NCBI GenBank assembly: GCA_009103225.1
Contig: RHPI01003156.1
Coordinates: 412,537-476,536 of the forward strand
DNA: 64,000 bases
Source: Chlorokybus atmophyticus
Taxonomy: Eukaryota; Plantae; Mesostigma and Chlorokybus algae
Direction of reading: 5' to 3'
Position numbers and translations under genes: made by a program. Shown in pieces: positions 13,225 through 26,313 of this stretch (its first letter is position 1; the number at the start of each line of letters is the position of its first letter). Below the pieces are notes generated by a model that saw only the letters and a program-made list of their open reading frames with translations, was not told the origin of the DNA and searched no databases.

Positions 13225-15391
13225 CAACAGCGGGACAAACCTGTCATCATTGGGTTGATAGACGCTCCTCAGCCTCCATGTGAAAGGCAGTCTTAAACAC
13301 GCAGGCATTGGCCAACGCTGTGAGCATACGGCATGCCTAGCTTTGTGGACGCTGCCACTGATGTGACAGCATGCCCAGCATGCTGTCACATCATGCATGC
13401 CTGCCACATTATGGCTGGCATGGAGCTACGCAAGCACAAGCCTTGACAAAACTACACTGCACTTGGGCAATCTCTACCAGGCCAGAAGCAGGCAGGGCGG
13501 CTACGGCCACAAGGCGGACCTGGACCATGCCGGTAAGCTGGTGGCAGCAGGAGAGGCAGCTTGTGTCTGTTTTGGTTGTGTTTGCTCGCTTCCGTGTGGT
13601 CGTTTGATGACATAAGGTTCATGCGTTGCTTGGCAGCTTCCACGCAGTGTTGTGAGGGCTATTGGGGCGGCGGTCCTGTTGGCAGGAGTGGGAGCCATGG
13701 CCACCGCTGCTGGTAACTTGAACGACAGGCTGTTGAAGTGCAATACCGCATGATAGCTGAAGTGAACACTGCTGAACACTGGTCCGCACCTTGCACTCGG
13801 CTTGTGCCGCAGTGTATGTTAGATTGAGTGGTGGCCAGCCATTTTGCATGCAGTCCTGTGGGGGTGCAGCTTAGATGCAATCTTGCAAGAAGAACCACAG
13901 CCACAGCAGCGTTTGCAAAATTACAGCCGCACAGCCGCACCCACACCCACGTTGACAAACAGCTTGACAACCCTGCACATGTTCACAAAACCACAACCAC
14001 GCAGCATTGCACATGCAGGTCATGAAGTCAAGGAAAGGCGGAAGCGGAAGCAGCGCAGCGCAAAGAGAAAGCCTGCAACCACAGCAGACAGCACGCGTGG
14101 CGGAACACCCATGCTGCCGCAAGCTCCGCTGCCCACAACCACCTTTATCAACTTTGATGTGGAGCTTCTGAACCAAATGCACACCATTGCCGAGGATGCA
14201 GACAGCGAAACAGCTGATGTTGTTGTTGGACACACCGTCAATGGGATGACTGTGTACACGTAAGCGGGGCCTAAACCAGCACAAGTCACAGTGTTAAAGA
14301 AGGGTCACGCCAGGTAGTGATAGTAGTAAGGTATTGCTTTTTGCAGCAATCCTGTGTTCGACAATGGCAACGATTTGGACCTTGGTGCGACCAGCAATGC
14401 TTTATTTGACGACAAAGAGGCTGTCGAGCAGCCAGCAACGGAAAGCAGTCAGCCCCTGCCATTCTTTGTTGCAAGGTTGTGCATAGTTGTTCATCAGTCT
14501 GAACGTCGGTTCATCGTAGTTTTGGTTCTGGTAGTTGAGTAGTAGTTCTGGTTGTAGTAGTGGTGCTGCTGCTGCTGCCGTCGTCTTTGTCTTAACGCGC
14601 TTGTCAATCATGCAGATACTTTGCGCTACTGGAAGAACTGAAAGAGGTGACTAGCAATCCATCCGTTGTTCAGGTAAGCTCTTGAGAGTACTGAGACACT
14701 CAAAGTACCATGTGTGCAGTTTTTTTATCAGGAATGGGAGTTGCATTGTAACGTTGTATGTGCATCCACACAAACACAGACCGGTGGTGGTCAAACTTCA
14801 CCTCAAAGTGAGTGTGTTGCCGAGTCACGTGCAAAGTCGTCATTAAAAGCTCAGCAAACAATCTACAAGTAAGTCTGCACGTGTGAGTGTGGTCACACTG
14901 CATGCGGGAAGCCTAGCGCCAACATCGCATACATGCGTGCGTGTGCAAACTGCAAGTGCAATTGTGTGTTGTCTGTGCTGTCGTCTGTTGTCATCTAGGC
15001 TTAGCACAATCATAACATACCTAATGCATGTGTGTTATGGTCACAGCCACAGTCACATGCATCCAACCAAGCATTTGAACAACCACAAGCTTCTGTGCTT
15101 GAGTAGTCAGCCTCGCTGTGAATGCGCATGCACTGAGCCAAGCAACCGCCAGCTGGGGTATCAGTGTATCTCTGTTGTCATCAGCATTGTTTCGCTCTGT
15201 ACCGTGTCAAACGATAGTATCATTGGTTACTTGTGCGTAAGACTGCAATGACGAGTTGCCTGTTGTTGTCCAGGTGTTTTCAGTTTATGCGCGAGCTGCA
15301 TGACTACCAAAGCGGCATGGACTATGACATGTCGGCCAGCTGGTGCGCTGAACTAGACCTACTCAGCGCCATCATCACAGCTGCTGGCTGA
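13225..15391 (+). CDS. Hypothetical protein with one predicted transmembrane segment (5' end uncertain)
   Basis: Chain of phase-compatible GT-AG exons: QQRDKPVIIGLIDAP / ...VVRAIGAAVLLAGVGAMATAA / ...GMTVYT|NPVFDNGND...FVAR|YFALLEELKEVTSNPSVVQ / CFQFMRELHDY...IITAAG*. No domain recognised. Confidence 0.55.
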
Positions 15392-16237
15392 AATATGGCA
15401 AGCAATCTGCGTGAGCTCAGGCAAATAGTTGTGTTGAGTGATGCAGTCAGCGAATCATCTTTCCTTCTCTCTTGGTCATGTAGAATTCTGGCCAGTATAT
15501 GGCAGGAGTGGACTTTTGTTTACCAAGCAATTTGTCATCCAGGGTATAGCATTGCACTCGCATACACAGCCAACACACACGCTCAAGAACAAGCACAACA
15601 CCAAGGCTTACAACAACCAGCAAAGAAGCCTAAACACAATGGGGGCTGGGTCTACATGCAATGCTCATACCTAGCGCTTGTATTTCGAAGGCTTCAAGCA
15701 GCATCTGCAGTTGTTCCCGGATCTCCATCTTGCGAAGACGAAATAGCCAAAGTACTGCCGGAACATGTGGGGCATGCTGCGTATACAATTTGCCATAACA
15801 AGCTTCATGCTGTTGCCTTAAGCGTAGGGTGCAGAACAGGCACGACAGCAAACACGGCCAGGCTGTTTAGTAATTGTTGCTGCATTTTACAGTAAATGCG
15901 CGACACATATGCTCTTGCGCGACACAGCGGCAGAGACTGCAAGCACACACAGCTGCCAGTCTCTGCAAAAGAAAACTCGCATTACAAATGCAAGTTTGCT
16001 TCTCCGTTCAAAGCTGATGTGCATCCTTGCAACCTCATACAAAAAGGATTCACAGTCTCCCGATAGGCAACACGGTCAGCAGGTACTGCTGCAACTTAAA
16101 ATTGGGTGTTGCTTACCAATCTGTGAAACTATAAAAGCATTGCACATACCACACCTTCGGTATGCACGCATCAAAACCACTTGAAGATGGACCGCACCGT
16201 CACATACGCAAGCTGTGCCATACATACCCTGTCACTC

Positions 16238-17702
16238 CTACCTCCCCCTGCCCCTGCCTCGGCCCCTGCCTCGCCCGCCCCCTCGTCCCCGTCCCCCTCG
16301 TCCCCGTCCTCCTCTGCCACCTCCCCCCCTGCCGCCTGTCCTTCCCTCACCGCCACCATAGCCCCTGCCGCCCCTGTCGCCACCCCCTCCCCCGCCCTTC
16401 ACCATCGCTGGCAGCATGTCCTCTGGCAGCGGCATCAGGTTATTGATGCACTTGCGGTAGCTGAAGTCCACCTATGTGCAGAGGGACAACGGTGCATCGC
16501 TGAATGTGGCCTTGCAAAGAGAGATTCGTTCAAGTGCATACTTGCGTGCATGTGTGCGCGGGCTCGCAGTCGCGTGCGTGTGCCTGTGCGCGTGCATTCA
16601 TGCGATTGTGTACCAGAGTGCCGTCCTGTTTCACAAGGAAAAAGCAGCGGCTCTCAAAGTCGGCATGGTTGCGGACTTGCGCGGCCACCACACCGCCCTG
16701 CAGCTTTTCATCTGGGCTGTGATGGCCCTTCTTCACCAGGTCCAGCACCACATTGTACTCGTACTGCACACACATACACACAAACCAACACAATTGACCA
16801 ACACCGACAAGTATGCTTCACTGCAGATCAGTCCAACACTGTCGTCAAGACTTGCACTTCACGTTTGGCGTTTGAAACCGCAGCAACAACCAATGTCACC
16901 CTACCGGCCGACACAGCACAGTCCCGCAAACACGCAACCATGCAGTCAGTTCCACAGACGCCGAAGCAAGCAGGCTCACAAGCATCTACACGCAGCCACA
17001 CCAACAGTGTGATGCTAAAACAATGCTGCAAACTTGCTGTGCCTCTTTTCCTCTGCCTGCCCTGAGCATGGCAGCACACTTTGCAGTCAATCGACTGACA
17101 CGATGCAGTGTGCTGTGAAGACGAAACAGGCCCGATGTCAAGCCCAATGGTACAATCATCCACAATGCCCCACTCACCTCATTGAGATCTTGGGAGGCGG
17201 TGACCCTGTGCAGCAGCTGGTGGAAGTAGGTGTACATCGCGTGGGCGTTGGTGAAGTTCTTTGGCCCAAGCTGTACTGGGTCGTGCTTTGGCAGCTTGTC
17301 AGTGGCTGCAACCGCTGCTTTGCCATTGCTGTCTGCCTTGTCCTTCTTTTCCTCGCCCTCCTCCTGCTGCTTGTCCTCCTCCGTCTGCTTGTCCGCCTCC
17401 TGCTTGTCCTCCGCCTTGTCCTCCTGCATGGCCGCCGCCTCGCCCTGCTCCTGCTCTTCCTCAGCAGTCTTCTGGCGCTTCGCTGCAGGGTCCTGCGCAC
17501 GTGTGGGATGAAGGCAAGGCAATGGCAGTGACCAGCTGCTGATTGATGGCCATGAGCAAGTGGAAGAAGACGAGGAGGACAAGGTGCATAACAATGCCGG
17601 CGATGACATGAAGACAGGACGTACCTCAGCAGGCTGCTCTATAGAGGCGGCTGCCGGCGCCTCCTCGGCGGCGGCAGCCGGCTTTTCAGCCGCTTCTGCC
17701 AT
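16238..17702 (-). CDS. DUF3223 (DeCL) domain protein with acidic N-terminus and C-terminal RGG tail; EMB514/DOMINO1-like nucleolar protein
   Basis: VQLGPKNFTNAHAMYTYFHQLL / YEYNVVLDLVKKGHHSPDEK...SRCFFLVKQDGT / DFSYRKCI, followed by GGRGRGG repeats. Confidence 0.9.
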
Positions 17703-17738
17703 CGCGTTCACCTATCGCCCCGCCTTCAAGCTGACCTC

Positions 17739-18068
17739 CTCCCCCTCCCCCTCCCCCTNNNNNNNNNNNNNNNNNNNNNNNNNNNNNNNNNNNNNNNNNN
17801 NNNNNNNNNNNNNNNNNNNNNNNNNNNNNNNNNNNNNNNNNNNNNNNNNNNNNNNNNNNNNNNNNNNNNNNNNNNNNNNNNNNNNNNNNNNNNNNNNNNN
17901 NNNNNNNNNNNNNNNNNNNNNNNNNNNNNNNNNNNNNNNNNNNNNNNNNNNNNNNNNNNNNNNNNNNNNNNNNNNNNNNNNNNNNNNNNNNNNNNNNNNN
18001 NNNNNNNNNNNNNNNNNNNNNNNNNNNNNNNNNNNNNNNNNNCCCCTCCCCCTCCCCCTCCCCCTCCT
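17739..18068. repeat. (CCCCT)n tract interrupted by an assembly gap (N 17759-18042)
   Basis: CCCCT units flank both sides of the N run. Confidence 0.85.
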
Positions 18069-18159
18069 CCTCGTCCGCCGCCTCTCCTTCCGCCGCCGCC
18101 GCCAAGTGCAGTCAAATTACCAATGCCGCCGTAGCGGCGGCGGCAGTCGGGGAGAAGCC

Positions 18160-19066
18160 ATGCAGAGCTGTGGGGCGGCGGCGATGGACGAGGAGGAGCA
18201 GGAGGCGGAGCTGGCAAAGCGATGGAGGCACCTAGCGAAAGCGCTAGCGTCGCCGTCGGCCGCGGCGGCGCTGTACTACTCCTCTTACTCCGACTTCAAC
18301 AACAATGCTCGGGCCGCTAGGTGCTTGCGCATATAGCCAGTCCAGTAAAACACATAGACAGAAACAAGCCTGCTTGCTTTTGCTGCTTGTGTGTTGCGCT
18401 ACCGCTGAGCACAGTGTGAGCGTTGCATAGTCGGTTTTGTGTTGCGCAGTGTTGCACGCTTCAGAGCATGTTTGCATTTGGCGAGCATTCTGCATGTGCT
18501 CGAGTGTGCTGCAGAAGACTTACGTCGCCCTCATTGCTCGGGTGCTTGTTGCAGCCAATGCATGTACTTGTAGCAAAGCAACAGTTCTGATGCTCAGTGT
18601 GTGCCTGTGCTCGTATGCGAGCTGAGCGCGTCAAAAGGCTGCACAACTCATCAAGCCATGGCCTTGGGAGATTTCAGCAACACCACCACGTGGCAATTGA
18701 ATGTGCATGTGTGTTCAGGCAGCAGGTGCTGTGGGGCGCGTTCTTGGTGTTGTTCTCGGTGCTGTTTCTTATTGCCACCATGTACGCCATCCTTGTGTCC
18801 AAGTGGCTCCCGCACAGTGAGAATGACAGCGGCTTGCTCGCATGGATTGCCAGTGACAGGTATAGCGGGTTTGAGACTCAGGCAACAGCATCAGCTAGCA
18901 CCAAACAGCAACATACTGTGTTTTGTTTAATGAGAGCTGATACGAGTTCATGCAAATCCGCATGCTGCCCAGGTACTACTGTCTGCTGGTCCCGATGACC
19001 GTCCCAGTGACAGTGTTTGCAATCTATCTTCACTGGTTGAGCATGAAGTTTTTCAAGCATGCTTGA
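18160..19066 (+). CDS. PIGY: GPI-GlcNAc transferase subunit Y (PIG-Y family)
   Basis: Spliced product VLWGAFLVLFSVLFLIATMYAILVSKWLP...IASDR|YYCLLVPMTVPVTVFAIYLHWLSMKFFKHA* matches the plant PIG-Y signature (YYC.LVP.T.P...Y.HWLSMK.FKHA). The start could be 18160 or 18184. Confidence 0.88.
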
Positions 19067-19351
19067 AAGCCATGTGAAACCGACCCTCCACCCCCATGCA
19101 GCGTTCCATACCGCACTGCCAAGTACCTCGACAAGGTTCGTGACTACACAAGTGTTGTGGCACTGTGTAATCAGTGTAGGAACGTGTTGTGGTTGAACAC
19201 TGCATTGCGATTGATTTTCATTTGCGTAACCGTAACAGGTATGGCTAGGTTATCTGTACCCCAGTTGGGCAACCATGTATATAGGTAGAGTGTAACTTTA
19301 AACTGTATGTGTATAACAGGACTGCTACTAAGGATTGGCTATATAATGCCT

Positions 19352-20843
19352 CTACCTCCAAGGGTATCCTCCAGCATCTCTCCAGCGATAGACAGGGCAA
19401 CCGGAAGGCATGCTGCTGTGTGCTTGCGCAGGCCGCTCCTTGCGATCGCGGTCAACAGTGCGCCGGCGGTACCGGTCGCCATCAATGTACTTGGGATGTG
19501 ACTGGAATTGCAAGCCTTTCCACCACAACCTGTGAAACAACACGGGTTGGTTCCAGTTTGCGCGGCAAATAGACACACGCGCATGTAACATACCGGAAGG
19601 CTTCCCAGTAAATCCCCAATGCTACTTTGTGCGGCATTAGCCACAGCCAAGCCTGGGGATTGGCAGGTGTTGGCTGTCGCTCCGCATGCAGTGATGCTGT
19701 GAAGTAAGTGCCCAACTGATGGCGCACAGAGGTTCAGCTGAGTGTACTAATGGATAGATAACTGCACATGGCAATGTGGCGAAGAGAAGCTCTGTCAATG
19801 ACATACCTTTGGGTGCTTGTTTTCAAAGGCAAGAGTGAGTGCCTTGCCCGGTAAGGTTGCAGTGACCTTCCATGTGGCCTGCATGTCCATGAATGGACTC
19901 ACGTGAAGCGGCTTGGGCACCGAGTCAGTGCCTGGCAGAAACACGAATGTGACGCGCTCACCCCACGGTGTGTTGGTCACCTCCGCAATGCACTTCTTGA
20001 CAATGAGCTGCGCAAAAACACCGTGCTGTGAGCCTTGGGCATCTCACCAGCACATCATACTCAATTGCACATGGTGTGGTTGATTAACAACTTATAGGCC
20101 AAGCCTTTGCAACATTTTTATGACGTTTGCCAACTGGTATCACTGTTGATTGCCATGCTGACACGCGTGTTGCGTGAAGTGGTGGGTGGACCGTTTAATG
20201 TGCTTGCCACAACTGCCAATTGTGCATGTGTCGGTCGGCATAAATGCTCCGGGTTCCACATGTGAAACCAGAAGTACATATAAATACATATCACAGCCCG
20301 ATGAAAGCAACGACTCGGTTACAGTAGCATACACAATCGTCTGTTCACACCAAGTCGCATTCAGACACTGTAATAGTTGCGAGTCACCTGTCCGGTGGTA
20401 GCGGAGGAGTGGCTTTGCGTCGGGGCTGCATAGCAATAGTAAACGCTGATAGGGTTCTGTTCGTAACCAACGCTGGGAGGATTTGTGAGCAGCTTGACTG
20501 GGCCAGCCGTGCCGGCGAGCTTCCTGGCCTGGTCCGCTTGCATGTGCCCCGTCGCGGCCGCCCAGTCATCGGCTCTGGCGGCATCCAGGTCCACCACGGC
20601 AAACCTCACCCTGTAGCTGAAGGCGTGCTTAACGGGCTTGCGCCGGTCGTGCCTGACCAGGCCGGCGTAGTATTCCACCGCATGGTCAGGCAGGGAGTTC
20701 AGCCCGCCACTGCCTGAGCCCCCTCCACGCACCAGCAGCACCAAGCTGTACACCACAGACACCACAACGCTCCTGGCTATGCTCCACAGCAGCGCAGCCA
20801 ACAATGCTGCCGCCGGCGGCGACCCCGCCACGGCCATCACCAT
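19352..20843 (-). CDS. DUF1365 family protein
   Basis: VRHDRRKPVKHAFSY, LLTNPPSVGYEQNPISVYYCY, IAEVTNTPWGER, KPLHVSPFMDM, IYWEAFRLWWKG motifs. Confidence 0.92.
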
Positions 20844-21170
20844 AGCGGAGCTGCAAGCTCAAATTGCTTCATCCTTGGCTGCTCCGCCGTTTGCAGTTAA
20901 CCGTCTCAGTTGTCACAGCAGCTGGTGTCGTCACGGTCGCCTCGTCGAAGCTCCGCGGTCTCGTCGGTTTCGGCGTTTAACTGCCGTCAAACCTACCTGC
21001 ACGCCCACAAGAAAGACTTCATAGGAGACATTGCCTTTGGCGGTAGAGTGGCGGCGGCGGCGGAGCGGGGGAGAGCATCCGCGGGTTGTTGAGGTTGTCG
21101 CCGTCATAGTCGTCTTTGTGTCTCGCGGAGAGGCCAGTTTGCAGCCTGGCCTGGTGGCTGTGTGCCGGCC

Positions 21171-22818
21171 ATGTCGGCAGGGTCAGGGGCGAAGCCGGCG
21201 CTGAAGAAGAAACCAAAGCCACTGTAAGCTTCCTCATATTATGTGTAAAAACCTCACTGCTTGCTTTGGTCGGCAATTGACGTTGGGTTGGGCCTGGGGC
21301 ACAGCAAGACGTCCAGCGTGAAGTGGGACGAGGGCAACCTGCAGTACAACGACGAGCACCGCACCGCCACGCAGAAGATCACTGAGCCCAAGACGCCCTA
21401 CAGGCCGCCTCTCAACGGTAAGCGTCCAGCCTGCTGCGCATCGCATTGCACAAGCATGCACTACATGGTAATGCGCCTGCACGCGGTACACATGTCAGAA
21501 GGGGCCAGGAGGAATCCTTCAATTTGAATGGGATGCAGTCACTTTGTTGGCCGTTACTCGTATCAAAAAAAGTTAATAAGGCTCGAAATAAGGCAGCACA
21601 GTGTTTGCTTGTAGTCCGTTGTATACTTTGATTGTGGTATTATCCGAAGCTCAGAGACAACTACACAGCACTGACAGCACTGTGGGCATTCGGCCTCTGT
21701 GCAGGTGACGGTCATATAACGCCACAGGACGGCGACAGTGACTCTGAAGAGGTATGCCTTGCTGTTCATGGTACCGCAACTGTGAACGTGTGCTGTATGC
21801 ACACTTGCACAGCACTCATTGGCTACATGATGCTTTAATTTCATGCATGGTGCTGCACTCCTCTTGTGACGCATGTATGCTTGGTATTCTGAACCGACAG
21901 CTGCGCACTTTTGGAATGGGCACAGCCTGGTACTACTAGCAATTGAACCTATTGTACATCTCGTTACTTGTTACTGAAACACACACAGATGCGTGTGGAT
22001 GTGTGTCAATGTTCATGTGTGCCATGCGCATGCTTTGCACTGGGTAATATCAAGTATGATCTCAGATTGAAGCGCATGGAGCAGCGCTGCATCGAGCAGT
22101 CTCAGATGCAGCGGATTGGCAGCAACAGCAGCGGGCAGCGGGTGAGGCATCGTCCAGCGGATGGGACAGCGATGAGGAGGATGTGCAAGGCGTGGGCGGT
22201 GGAGGCGGTACTGCTCTACCCACAAGCAATGGTAGGTGCTCGCTTCGTTTTTCACGCTCCCCGTTGTGGTCTTTATATGGGTTTCTGTCCTGTGGACTAT
22301 TTGCTCTGCAATATGGTTGCATTGTAACGAAGTGGACTGCCAAGAGTTTACAATTGATATTGTGCAAATAACATACTCCAATCCAGTGCACATCGGCTTT
22401 TGGTTTCTTTTGTGTCTGTGTGTTGTCACCCACATATGCACATCACATTTACTGTACTAGCAGTACCAAGCGGATGCGCGCATGCTCTTGCGATTGGTGT
22501 CCACAGTCCACCCAATGTAAATGATGGCTGTCACAATCAGGGGAGTCGGCACCGGAGTTGGAAGCAAAGCACGCGCAGTTTGTGGCCATGAGGAAAAAAC
22601 ATTATGACGAGTTTCTAGCGGCGAAGCGAGCACGCGAGCAACACTTGGCAAGTGAACGCCCCAAGAAGTTGATTGAGAACTGCGTTTTGCAACTCTTAGA
22701 GAACTTTTTATTGCACGCATTGTTATTCAAACACATCTGTGCCTTGTCTCAGCTAGATGAAGATGAGGATGCGAGCGAAAATGGCGTGAGCGGCTCGAAA
22801 AGGACAGGTGTACAGTAG
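21171..22818 (+). CDS. PPP1R2: Protein phosphatase 1 inhibitor 2 (IPP-2)
   Basis: SILK-like KPALKK, RVxF-like SVKWDEGNL, KITEPKTPY and FVAMRKKHYDEF motifs across phase-consistent exons. Confidence 0.92.
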
Positions 22819-23937
22819 CAGTTTTCACTCGCAATGTTTGTGCCTGCGGTTATAGCTAGTACTAGTTAGTGTAGCGTTGTCAGATGGATAGGTGCACTAC
22901 TGCTGCGCTCTCCTAGCTCAGTCCCACTGCGTTAGTGCCCCTATGTAACATTTTGTCATTCACGCATATTTGCAAGGACAATGGGATGATCAAAACGTCT
23001 GGGTTGGTTTGACTTGTGCAGCATGTGGAGGTCAATGTATCTGGGTTGTTTTGGGTTGAGAGGGCGAGCTCGGGGGTGGCTATACAAATTGTGATTTGCT
23101 GTCTGCTTGTACTTCAAGCGACTCTAATTGCCCTATACGTTCTGGCAAACTTGTACTGATTCCCATGCTGCCATTGTACACACAATGCGGACTGCAGTTG
23201 TGCTTAGCTGTTTGTTGAGTAGTACTTGGAGTTTGCAGCATCTTTCATATCGTCCATTGATTGAGCCTAGGGAGCTATGATGAAGTAGAAGATTGTTATT
23301 CCCGGTTTGATGTCTACAGCATCTGGTTGCTACCATGATTCAGGTTGTGGTGTTCAGTTGGTTAAGGTGCATGCACTGTCACATTCTATACATGTAAGCA
23401 TTGCTTGTGATGGCATGGCAACCACTGTTGGTTGTTGCTGCGCGAATCTGCATGTTCACTTCCAGTGTGCAGCTGCTCCATAAGTGCTGCTATGTTCGTT
23501 GACTACTTACGTATGGCCACACTAGAAAACACATTGTAGTCGAGATCTGCGCGCTATCATCTCGAGCTTCAACAGACATGTTCAGAGCACAAGTGATAAC
23601 TGCCCGCCAGCTGCAAGCAACCTGCCTCTATTGTTCAGGATATGTTGGCAGCTTGGTTGGCGTTCACTTTGTGATAATAAGTGGCATACATCATATGATA
23701 CAACCCCATCACAACTTGTGAAAAGTCAACGCCATATAAGCAGGGTTATCCGCCAGCAGTGAAGTCCAATACGCTTTTACACGTTGGTTAAGCAGACTGG
23801 TGCATATACACGCAGTCGATACCCTCAACGTTCTTTGCACACTATGGTACGACAACAGTATTTACCTACAGGGGCACACTGACCGTACTGCAGTTATGGT
23901 CTTTGCAAAGCTGTACACTACAGGTGTGGCATTGATA

Positions 23938-26313
23938 CTAGAAATTCGCCATGTAGCATTCTACAAACTCCTTTTGGCTGATCTCGCCTGCCAACACAGG
24001 GTGCATGATATGTATTTGCGACGTCACGTAAGGACCTTCGTACATACCCGCATTGCATACTATGTACACAAAAGCATGCAATGTAAACACTTGCAACTGA
24101 GCGCATGCATGCAGCAACACTGTTGCATGCAAACCTACCGTCACTGTTGACGTCAATGGTAGCATAGATGGCTTGTGCATCAGGGATGGAGATCTTCAGA
24201 CCCATGTACTGCAAAGCTGCGACAAACTCGCCAAAACTCAGGCATCCACTAAAATCCGTATCGTACAGCCGAAAAGCAGCTGCTGCCTGTGTGACACCCT
24301 ATGTCACTTGCTGTTGCTAGACCAATTAAGGTGATGTGCCAACACAGCAGACAAGGTGAGGCAAAGGGGTATTAGCCAAAAGCTTGCACAAACCTCTTCC
24401 AGCTTGTTGGACCTGTTGCCGGAAGGGCCATAGTACGCGTGTGCAGCAGCCTGGGGCTGAGGATGAGGAGGTTGTGGAGGGTGAAAGACAGCTGCTGGAG
24501 GATACGGCTGTGGTGCGGGGGGGTATCCTGTGGGTGCGGGTGGATATTGTTGGGAGGGGTAGCCCGGCCCAGCTGGTTGTAAATGCGGAGGCGCTGCTGG
24601 CAATGGCGGGTAACCAGCAGGTTGGCCAGCAAATGGTTGCTGATCGTACGGGTAAGGCTGGTATGGGGGAGGTGCGGGGTAAACAGCGACTGCTGGAGGG
24701 TGGCCAACTTGTCCTACCTGCAAGCCTCGACTTGTTAGCTCAAATGCAGCATACACAGGATGCAATAGCAGATCCCATCGCAGGAGTAGCACACATAGGC
24801 AAACCTGCTGCGCAGGTGTGAAGGGGTCATTGAAACCACTAGACGGCATCGGAAGGTAGGACGGGTTCGGTGCCCAATTAGGCGCTTGCCCAGCCATGGC
24901 CTGCATTGCATAAGTCGCATGTGACACCAGCCAACCATGTTCTGATACCAACAGGACCGCATGAACAAATGGCGTACCGGCTCTTTCAAAGGAGGTGCAC
25001 TTGGCTCAGCCGCAGGTGCTGTAGGCGAAAGGATGACCAGCTTGACTACTCCCGCTGGCTGACCTCCCTGCATTTGGGGAAGAGGGAAAAAAGACAAGCT
25101 GTTACTCACCAAAACACATGATGCATGCTGCACCAGGCAGGCAGTGTTTCATTGCATGTAGTAGACACCAACCAATGTACCTTGGTGTAAAGCTGATAAG
25201 CGGCTTCGTCACTGCCCTGGTTTAGCGCTGTGCTTAGAGACAACTTGCAGCTGCCAATTGAAGAGTCAACGAGAAGCTTCTTCTCACGCAACTCGATTAG
25301 CAACTCGGGAGTGGGCTGCTCAGGTACCGCACTGCCATAAGGCATCAGCATTGGCATGAGTGTGTGGCAGATAAAAAACACACACACAAACAATCAGTCG
25401 GACACACTGGTGCAAGCAACTGACCAGCCAAATCGCTGTAAGATTGATGCATGCTCAACACGCACACAAGTTTTGCAACAACAAAGCGGGTGCACGCCAA
25501 CACCAAGACAATGCAACTCCCGGAAGACCTCAATCTCGTAGCATCAAGTTGTAAACTACTACAAGTTCTAGCAAAGGATGTTGATCAGAGAGTAACAACC
25601 TGCAGAGCAGTATTGCTTACGATGAAGTAACTTACAAGAGGAAGTTCTTGTCACAGACAAGCGTGCTTCCTTCACGCTGGCACACGCTAGACGTCTGCTG
25701 CACCCCTGCCAGCAGCAGCTTGCAGTATACTGCTTGCTTTGCACCTATGTGAAGCAGGCATTGATAACACAACCTTGCCTTGGAACGCAGAAGTCAGCAA
25801 TTGAGCATGAAAGTTGCATGAAGCTTGCAAATCATATGCAATAATGATGTGAGGCACTGACCTGCTCCTTCAAGCTCCAGGTGAACGGAGTGCACTGTGC
25901 CAAGGACAAACACGTGTGAGGGAATGTGTCTGGCAGAACGGTCGTTGTTCCACTCATTGCTTGAGTCAACAAATCACACTCGACGAACGCTAACACAATC
26001 GACGAATGCTAACACTAGTGTTGCAGTCTGCTCCTATCATGCCCACTACACGATGTGCACGGACTGACCATTGGGCACATCCGTCGTGCAAACGCAAGAC
26101 AACCACGCACCTTACGTCCACAAGCAGCACAAGCTGGTGCAAACGCAACACCAACCAAGTGCAGACAACGGCCCCGACTGCTGAGCACATGAACAGCTGG
26201 CAAAGCCACGCAACTTGATTTGACTGACGCAAGCACTCAAACACAAAATTAGAGCTACACCACACAAGCCTGCCAGGCCGCTCACCATGCACGTTCACCC
26301 GGCGCAGTGTCAT
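23938..26313 (-). CDS. C2 domain + Pro/Tyr/Gln-rich linker + EF-hand pair protein
   Basis: MTLRRVNVH|VHSVHLELEG|...DKNFLF|AVPEQPTPELLIELREKKLLVDSSIGSCKLSL (C2-like beta sandwich), a YPP-rich exon ending YYGPSGNRSNKLEE, EF loops DTDFSGCLSFGE and DVNSDGEISQKE, ending CYMANF*. Confidence 0.85.
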
